From Nanobdellota archaeon (lineage in GTDB: Archaea; Nanobdellota; Nanobdellia; Woesearchaeales; JAHWHD01): a stretch of 62,380 nucleotides of DNA. The DNA is taken from positions 1-62,380 of the forward strand of contig JAYENX010000050.1 of the NCBI GenBank assembly GCA_034722435.1, in the 5' to 3' direction. Below are positions 56,011-62,380 of this stretch, one piece after another. A program made the translations under genes and the position numbers. The notes under the pieces are model-generated. The model did not search any database. It was not told the DNA's origin and worked only from the letters and a program-made list of their open reading frames with translations. Position 1 is the stretch's first letter, and each line of letters opens with the position of its first letter.

Positions 56011-57275
56011 GAATAACATTCAGAGGAGCTGCACAAGAAGTAGGAAGATCGTGCATAGATATTGAATCAAGACAAGGTAGATTTTTACTTGACTGTGGAA
56101 TCGCAATCTCACCTGAAGGATTAATATATCCTGAAGAACTAAAAGACCTTCATAAAATAAAAGCTACATTTTTAAGCCACGCACATCTAGACCATTGCGG
56201 AGCTCTATCCTTAGAACAACATCGAGGTTTGCGAAGCCCTATATTTTGTACTCAAGAAACTAAAGAACTCTCACGAATGCTTCTTCAAGACTCGCACAAA
56301 ATCGACATGCATTCCCACAGATTAGTAGAATATAATGAAAAAGATATTGAAAAAGTAATAAGTCGATGCAGAAATGTTGAATACCAAAAAGAAAACAACT
56401 TCAAAAATGTACCTTTCACATTCCACGACGCCTGCCATATCCCAGGAAGTGCATCTATTGAATTAGAGCTAGAAAATAAAAAAATCCTATACACTGGAGA
56501 TATGAACGATCAAAACACACGTTTATTAAGAAGCAACCTGGCTCTCCCAAAGAACCCAGACATAATGATAACTGAGTGTACTTACGGCGATAGAGACCAC
56601 CCCCCTAGAAAAAATACTGAAACTAAATTTCTAAACGCTGTAAAACAAACACTCGCAAGTAAAGGCTCTGTTCTAGTTCCTGCATTCGCAGTAGGAAGAG
56701 CCCAGGAACTGCTTCTATTATTGCAAGACCTCGATACTGAAGTACCAATTTATTTAGACGGTATGGCAGTAAAAGTTACAAGAAACTTTCTAAGACTTGA
56801 CAGATTTATTAAGGATAAGCGAGAACTTGGCGATGCTTTTGGAAACACTTTCTTAATCAAAAATTACAAGCACAGAAAAGAAGTAGTTAAACATCAAGGA
56901 ATATTTGTAACAACATCAGGCATGTTAACAGGCGGACCAGTAATGGAATACCTTAAAACATTTGTCAAAAGACCTAACTTTAGCATTCTTATGACAGGTT
57001 ACCAAGCAGAAGAAACAAATGGAAGATCTCTTTTAGAAACTGGAAATATCAATGTCGACGGTTACACTCTAAGAGCAAAATGTTTTTACAACAAATTCGA
57101 TTTCTCTGCACATATAGGATTAAAAAATCTACAGAGAATTATCAAGGACACTAACCCTGGACAGCTCATACTGAACCACGGAGACGCGCCTTCAATTGAC
57201 AATATGAAGATATGGGCAAAATCGCAAGGTTTCAAAGTATTTGCGCCTAAACTTCTACAACACATCACAACTTAA
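56007..57275 (+). CDS. metallo-beta-lactamase beta-CASP ribonuclease (aCPSF2/RNase J-like, no KH domains)
   Basis: HAHLDHCGAL (HxHxDH), CHIPGS, LYTGDM, ITECTYG (motif A), FSAH (motif B) and LNHGD (motif C). Confidence 0.85.
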   Translation: MRITFRGAAQEVGRSCIDIESRQGRFLLDCGIAISPEGLIYPEELKDLHKIKATFLSHAHLDHCGALSLEQHRGLRSPIFCTQETKELSRMLLQDSHKIDMHSHRLVEYNEKDIEKVISRCRNVEYQKENNFKNVPFTFHDACHIPGSASIELELENKKILYTGDMNDQNTRLLRSNLALPKNPDIMITECTYGDRDHPPRKNTETKFLNAVKQTLASKGSVLVPAFAVGRAQELLLLLQDLDTEVPIYLDGMAVKVTRNFLRLDRFIKDKRELGDAFGNTFLIKNYKHRKEVVKHQGIFVTTSGMLTGGPVMEYLKTFVKRPNFSILMTGYQAEETNGRSLLETGNINVDGYTLRAKCFYNKFDFSAHIGLKNLQRIIKDTNPGQLILNHGDAPSIDNMKIWAKSQGFKVFAPKLLQHITT

Positions 57276-57303
57276 TATTTTTGGCGGAAAACAGAGGTGT
57301 TTC

Positions 57304-57351
57304 ACCAGTGAGGGGTGTGAGGCTTGGCGGCCTTCCCCACTGGTTTTATTT
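57304..57351 (+). terminator. GC-rich extended hairpin plus T-tract after the beta-CASP gene
   Basis: accagtg(a)ggg pairs with cccc/actggt, giving 10 bp with 1 bulge. An inner aggc/gcct stem is present. ttttattt follows. The segment is unusually GC-rich for this locus. Confidence 0.45.
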
Positions 57352-57401
57352 AATAAATAAATTTATTAAAAAAAAAATAAATAAACAGAGGAGGTGAAGT
57401 A

Positions 57402-57488
57402 ATGAGATTTTTAAAAAAACTATTTGGACCAAAATACCTTGACTGGGACGATTTCCAGAAAAGAGCAAACTCTTACAAAGAAAACTAA
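57402..57488 (+). CDS. 28-aa mini-ORF MRFLKKLFGPKYLDWDDFQKRANSYKEN upstream of the Ca-ATPase
   Basis: A perfect GGAGGTGA Shine-Dalgarno 5 nt upstream of the ATG. It lies 33 nt before the P-type ATPase start. It is below the ORF-track cutoff. Confidence 0.4.
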   Translation: MRFLKKLFGPKYLDWDDFQKRANSYKEN

Positions 57489-57521
57489 ACACCAAAAATA
57501 AATTTAAAAAAAAAGAGTAAA

Positions 57522-60185
57522 ATGGATTTTTATACTGAAAAAAAAGAAGCGATACTTAACGAATTACAAAGTTCTGCTAAAGGTTTAACTAGTTCTGAAG
57601 CTAAAAAACGTCTAAAAAAATATGGCCCAAACTCTATTAAAAAAGAAAAAGGAATTTCGCCATGGAAAATATTCATAAATCAATTCAAAAGTTTTCTTAT
57701 TGCAATCCTTGCGGCAGCAGTTGTAATCTCAGGATATATAGGATACCAAGAATTCATTCACGAAGGTGCAAACCTGTTAAGACACATGGCAGACCCTTTA
57801 GTGATAGGAATCATTCTAATATTAAACGCAATATTAGGTTTTCGTTCAGAATATAAGGCAGAACGTTCAATCGAAGCTCTAAAAAAACTTACAAGTCTTA
57901 AAGCAACAGTATTAAGAAATGGTAAAGAAACACAAATCAACGCTTCCGAAGTCGTACCAGGGGATATATTAGTACTCGCTACTGGCGATAAAATTCCTGC
58001 TGACGCATACTTACTCGAATCAATCATACTCGAAACATTAGAATCCGCACTCACAGGAGAATCAACGCCCGTAACAAAAGAAGTATGTATTATTAAAAAA
58101 GACACGGCTGTAGCTGACAGAAAAAACATAGTATTTTCAAGCACAATAATAACTAAGGGCAGAGGCCTTGCAATTGTTGTTGGCACGGGCATGAATACAG
58201 AAATCGGAAAAATTGCAAAATTGATTCAACAAGAAGAACGCCCTGAAACTCCTCTACAAAAAGATCTAAAACATCTTGGTAAATGGTTAGGCATTCTTAC
58301 AATCATAATAACAACCATAGTTTTCTTTGCAGGAATCATGACAGGCAAAGGATATACTGAAATGTTCCTAGCTTCTATATCATTAGCGGTTGCAGCTATC
58401 CCGGAAGGTCTACCCGCAGTTGTTACAATCGCACTTGCTCTCGGAATTACAAGATTAACAAAAAAGAAATCATTGATAAGAAAATTACACTCTGTCGAAA
58501 CGCTCGGCGCAACAACTGTTATATGTACCGACAAAACAGGAACTTTAACACATAACGAAATGACAGTTGAGAAAATATTTACCAATAATAAAATTATTGA
58601 AATAACAGGTCGCGGTTATGACACTAAAGGAAAATTTTCTGAAAATCCAAAACAATTCAAAAGACTTCTAGAAATTGGAACCTTATGTAACGATGCTGTA
58701 CTAAAAAATAAAAAAATAATAGGAGACCCTACTGAAGGCGCGCTCATAGTCTCAGCTGCAAAAGCGGGAATAAATAAAGAATCAATCACAAAAACACACT
58801 CAAGAATTCATGAAATACCCTTCGATTCTAAACGAAAACTTATGACCACAGTTCACAAAATATCCAACAAATATTATGCATATACTAAAGGCGCCCCTGA
58901 TGAACTTCTTAAAAAATGTAAAAAAATTGAAATAAACGGAAAAGTGAGGAAACTCACTATTAAAGAAAAAAAAGAAATTCTAAAAACAAACGACAAATTC
59001 GCAAGGCAAGCACTCAGAGTTTTAGGTTTTGCCTATCGCCCACTTAAAAATGCCAAACAAGAAAATATAGAGAAAGAACTTATTTTTGTAGGATTACAAG
59101 CAATGATTGACCCCCCGCGTCAAGAAGCTAAAGCCGCAATTGAAAAATGTAAAAAAGCAGGCATAAAAATTATAGTAGTTACAGGCGACCACGCCATTAC
59201 AGCAACCGCAATAGGTCACCAGCTCGGGCTTGAAGGAAAAACTATGACAGGCCAAGAACTTGAAAAAATAAAAGATCTTTCAAAAATTGTTGAAGATATA
59301 GCAATCTTCGCAAGAGTTTCTCCTGAACATAAACTTAAAATTGTAAAAGCCCTGAAAAAAAGAAGACACGTGATTGCCATGACAGGTGACGGAGTTAACG
59401 ATGCACCTGCTTTAAAAAAAGCAGATATTGGCATTGCAATGGGCAAAGCAGGAACAGATGTAGCCAAAGAAGCATCTGAAATGATTCTTATGGATGATAA
59501 CTTCAGCCATATTGTGGATGCTATTGAAGAAGGAAGAAATATTTATGAAAACATAAAAAAATTTGTTTACTATTTACTATCGAGCAACATGGGCGAAATA
59601 CTAACCATTTTCGTCGCCATAATGATAGGACTACCGCTACCACTATTAGCTATACAGATTTTATGGATTAATCTTGTTACTGACGGTTTCCCTGCCCTCG
59701 CTCTAGGCATTGATCCTGGAGAACCAGATATAATGGACAGAAAACCAAGAAATCCTAAAGAAAAAATTGTTAATAAACACAGAACATTCATGATGATTTT
59801 CATCGGCATCATTATGATGACTGGAACTTTAGCAATCTTTTGGCGTTATCTAGGAATAAAACCAACACTATACGCGCAAACAATCGCTTTCACAACACTT
59901 ATGATGTACCAGATGTTCAATGTCCTTAATTCAAGAAGCGAAACTAACTCAATATTCAAACTCAAAAAAAATATATACCTTTACATTGCAATCGCAATCT
60001 CAATAGGATTACAATTTATAGTAATTTATTCACCTATAAATTTATTTTTCCGTACAGTAGCCATCACATTAAAAGATTGGGGATACATAATATTAACAGC
60101 TTCATCAGTACTCATATTTGGAGAACTCTATAAACTCGCCCACAGAACACATAAACAGATTAAAAAGGTGGTAAACCATGGCTAG
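57522..60185 (+). CDS. P-type (P2A, SERCA/PMCA-like) Ca2+-transporting ATPase
   Basis: TGES, IPEGLPAVVT (M4 PEGL), CTDKTGTLT, TGDHAITA and MTGDGVNDAPALKKADIG. 10 TM layout. Confidence 0.93.
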   Translation: MDFYTEKKEAILNELQSSAKGLTSSEAKKRLKKYGPNSIKKEKGISPWKIFINQFKSFLIAILAAAVVISGYIGYQEFIHEGANLLRHMADPLVIGIILILNAILGFRSEYKAERSIEALKKLTSLKATVLRNGKETQINASEVVPGDILVLATGDKIPADAYLLESIILETLESALTGESTPVTKEVCIIKKDTAVADRKNIVFSSTIITKGRGLAIVVGTGMNTEIGKIAKLIQQEERPETPLQKDLKHLGKWLGILTIIITTIVFFAGIMTGKGYTEMFLASISLAVAAIPEGLPAVVTIALALGITRLTKKKSLIRKLHSVETLGATTVICTDKTGTLTHNEMTVEKIFTNNKIIEITGRGYDTKGKFSENPKQFKRLLEIGTLCNDAVLKNKKIIGDPTEGALIVSAAKAGINKESITKTHSRIHEIPFDSKRKLMTTVHKISNKYYAYTKGAPDELLKKCKKIEINGKVRKLTIKEKKEILKTNDKFARQALRVLGFAYRPLKNAKQENIEKELIFVGLQAMIDPPRQEAKAAIEKCKKAGIKIIVVTGDHAITATAIGHQLGLEGKTMTGQELEKIKDLSKIVEDIAIFARVSPEHKLKIVKALKKRRHVIAMTGDGVNDAPALKKADIGIAMGKAGTDVAKEASEMILMDDNFSHIVDAIEEGRNIYENIKKFVYYLLSSNMGEILTIFVAIMIGLPLPLLAIQILWINLVTDGFPALALGIDPGEPDIMDRKPRNPKEKIVNKHRTFMMIFIGIIMMTGTLAIFWRYLGIKPTLYAQTIAFTTLMMYQMFNVLNSRSETNSIFKLKKNIYLYIAIAISIGLQFIVIYSPINLFFRTVAITLKDWGYIILTASSVLIFGELYKLAHRTHKQIKKVVNHG

Positions 60186-61116
60186 CCTTCTTTATTATTT
60201 AATAATTTCAGCAGCCAGTATTGCAGTCCTACTTTTCTCAGCAGACCTCGCAGTTGCAGGTATTGCAAGTTACGCAAAAAAATTAGGCATCTCAGATTTT
60301 CTTTACGGATTTGTCGTTGTAGGTCTTGGAACCTCAATCCCTGAATTTGTTTCATCTTTCACAGGCGCAGCCGCGGGCGAAGGAGGAATCGTATTTGGAA
60401 CCTTATTTGGATCTCTCATAGGAAGTTATTGTTTTGTACTCGGTATACCAGCCATCATGCAAAAAAAGATTAAAGTAGCTAGAAATGTAAGAAAAAGAAA
60501 AAACTGGCCAATACTTATCATCGTAGCAATTATCGGAATCCTTGCAATCGATGGCCAACTATCTCATGTAGATGGTTTAATTCTTGCAGGGGTTTATGCA
60601 GGCTATTTATTTACTCTATGGAAAAAAGAAGGCACTTTCGGTAACATCAAAAAAGATGTCAAACTAAAACATCTTTGGAGAGACGGCGCCATATTTTTAG
60701 GATCTCTTGTCGCTTTATTGTTAAGCGCACGTTGGCTAGTTTTTTCATCAGTAATTGTTGCACGTGACTTCCTAAAGATAAAACCATTCCTAATAGCAAT
60801 CACAGTTATAGGAGTAATAAGTTTTTTACCTGACTTAATAGTTCAGATAAGATCCATGAAAAGAGGCCATGCACAAATTGGCATGGGTAACGTACTAGGC
60901 TCAGGAATCATCAACCTGACATTAATCCCGGCCATAGTGGTTATTATTAACCCTATCAAAATAGATTTCATGATGATACTTCCAGCTATAATCACAGGCT
61001 TAGCAGTAGTATCGTTAGTTTTATGGATAATCAAAAAAGGATATTTCCTGAGAAGACACGGCATTTATCTAGGATTAATTTATGCAGCATTTATCACGTT
61101 CCAAATACTAATTTGA
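60178..61116 (+). CDS. Na+/Ca2+ exchanger family (CaCA) transporter
   Basis: The alpha-1 repeat GLGTSIPEFVSS is present. The second half has GNVLGSGIINL. Its start overlaps the ATPase 3' end by 8 nt. Confidence 0.75.
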   Translation: MASLLYYLIISAASIAVLLFSADLAVAGIASYAKKLGISDFLYGFVVVGLGTSIPEFVSSFTGAAAGEGGIVFGTLFGSLIGSYCFVLGIPAIMQKKIKVARNVRKRKNWPILIIVAIIGILAIDGQLSHVDGLILAGVYAGYLFTLWKKEGTFGNIKKDVKLKHLWRDGAIFLGSLVALLLSARWLVFSSVIVARDFLKIKPFLIAITVIGVISFLPDLIVQIRSMKRGHAQIGMGNVLGSGIINLTLIPAIVVIINPIKIDFMMILPAIITGLAVVSLVLWIIKKGYFLRRHGIYLGLIYAAFITFQILI

Positions 61117-61171
61117 ACCGAAAGATTTAAATAAGGATTTATAAACATAATACATAAAAAAAGAGTTTAAC

Positions 61172-62263
61172 ATGATTCAAAAAAGAGGGGTAATAGAAAC
61201 TGATGTAGATAAATTGTTCATCATTATAAAGAGCAATCCAAATCTTACAGTTGAACAACTTGCTTCTAAAATTAAAGTACCTCTCGACACGATAAATCTA
61301 TGGATAGACTTTCTGGAAGATGAAGGCCTTATCAAAATAGAATATAAATTTACTAAAGCATATGTACGCCTCATCAAACATCCAGGGGAAGAAACTCCTG
61401 TTGAAGAAAAAAAAGAAGAAACAGAAATTCTGAAAGTTAAAAAAGTAAATATTCCTAAAATATCTAAACAAGAAAAGAAAAAAGAAAAAAAGAAAGAACC
61501 TGAACCAATTAAGAAAGAAACCAAAAAACCAATATTAAAGAAAGAAAAACTTAAAGTTACAAAAATTGAAATACCAATAACTAAATCCGATGATAAATAT
61601 ATGCTTCCTGAATTTGATTTAGAAGAAAAAGAATCCATATTCAAAAGATTTCTAAGGAGAACATTCAAACTAAGCCAAAAAGATCGCGAGCTACGCACCA
61701 TTGAAAGAGCTATAAGTAAAAAACAAAAAGAACTCTCAACCACTCAAGCTGATATAATTGAAAAAAGAAAACTTAAACTTGATATTGACAGATTACTTCT
61801 TAAAAAAGATAAAATTGATCAGGGAGTAATGAGTGCTAAACAACTAGCAAAAAGAGAAAATGCACTCAAAGAAAGAGAAAATAAACTAAAGAAACAAGTT
61901 AAACAGTGGCTAATCAAACAAAAAGAATTAAATAAAAAATCTCAAGCTATTCCTAAAAAAGAAAAAGGATTATTCAAAAGAGAAAAACGTATTCAGAAAA
62001 AAGAAGGAAAAATATCCAAAAAAGCATTACAACTTGAAAAAGAACTTCAAAAACTTAAAAAGATAAGAGCAGCAAAACTAAAAATTATTGCAAAAGAATC
62101 TATTAAAGTCAAAAACATTAAAAAAGTTAAAAATATTAAAATTAAAAAGATTAAATCAAAACCTAAACCTATAAAAACACAAAATTTGGTTTCTGTCAAG
62201 ATAGATTTTCCCTCAAAGTGGGAGCTAGTGGGCGAAGTCGTGAACTCGAAGTGTATGCAATAA
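61172..62263 (+). CDS. winged-HTH protein with long Lys/Glu-rich coiled-coil tail
   Basis: The N-terminus LTVEQLASKIKVPLDTINLWIDFLEDEGLIKIEY is wHTH-like. The remainder is K/E-rich heptads and KKxK repeats. Confidence 0.5.
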   Translation: MIQKRGVIETDVDKLFIIIKSNPNLTVEQLASKIKVPLDTINLWIDFLEDEGLIKIEYKFTKAYVRLIKHPGEETPVEEKKEETEILKVKKVNIPKISKQEKKKEKKKEPEPIKKETKKPILKKEKLKVTKIEIPITKSDDKYMLPEFDLEEKESIFKRFLRRTFKLSQKDRELRTIERAISKKQKELSTTQADIIEKRKLKLDIDRLLLKKDKIDQGVMSAKQLAKRENALKERENKLKKQVKQWLIKQKELNKKSQAIPKKEKGLFKREKRIQKKEGKISKKALQLEKELQKLKKIRAAKLKIIAKESIKVKNIKKVKNIKIKKIKSKPKPIKTQNLVSVKIDFPSKWELVGEVVNSKCMQ

Positions 62264-62265
62264 CA

Positions 62266-62281
62266 GGCCGTAGGCCGTTTT
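62266..62281 (+). terminator. Short GC hairpin ggcc-gta-ggcc plus TTTT after the last CDS
   Basis: Read directly from the sequence. The stem is only 4 bp, so this is weak. Confidence 0.3.
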
Positions 62282-62380
62282 GCAGGCAGGAATACTTTAG
62301 GGGCACATTAACATAGGCATACAGGATTTTTAGCTAAAAGCTAAAAAAAAGTTACTATAACTGACCCGCGATCGTGGGCT

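Noticed and set aside
57283-57351. tRNA gene in the GC-rich island after the beta-CASP gene
   Set aside because: I could not fold it into a cloverleaf. It has no acceptor-stem complementarity and no GTTC-type T-loop. It forms a single extended hairpin with a T-tract, which is more consistent with a terminator.

Overview
The window is a clearly AT-rich (judged by eye, not computed) archaeal chromosome segment of about 62 kb. It most likely comes from a small-genome DPANN-type archaeon, which is an inference. Archaeal and eukaryal-type markers occur throughout: thermosome, ribosomal protein L35Ae (eL33), Spt5, SecE/Sec61gamma, SRP54, membrane-bound LonB, Pth2, DtdA, endonuclease Q, archaeal-type GluRS, an archaeosortase-like protein and FtsZ. 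Many genes have a BRE/TATA box centred about 27 nt upstream of the ATG, implying leaderless transcripts. Others use GGTGAT-type Shine-Dalgarno sites. I call about 70 CDS. I found no rRNA, convincing tRNA, CRISPR array, transposase, integrase or reverse transcriptase.

The main hunt results are:
- A full-length bacterial-type SecA sits on this archaeal backbone under an archaeal promoter. Around it lie unrecognisable membrane or lipobox-anchored, mucin-like, acidic/TPR-like and coiled-coil proteins, which I treat as a candidate novel SecA-linked surface or secretion module.
- A roughly 43-nt conserved promoter-proximal element occurs four times and links secA, a split PIN-like gene, the acidic/TPR-like gene and a Thr-codon-rich mini-ORF upstream of thrS.
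- One operon encodes a PQQ/FG-GAP beta-propeller, a KaiC-like ATPase with a degenerate P-loop, and two 7TM-DUF835 proteins.
- There are two paralogous wHTH-nucleotidyltransferase/HEPN pairs. One is bracketed by 17-bp direct repeats. The other is translationally coupled to gltX.
- Four tandem lipobox proteins have a cupredoxin-like domain without copper ligands.
- Smaller oddities include an 86-bp duplication of the srp54 3' end, an extended L11, Lys-tailed DNA-binding proteins, a (TAA)11 microsatellite, and heptamer repeats upstream of an AbrB/beta-CASP gene pair.

All functional calls come from motif recognition by eye. No database search was possible.
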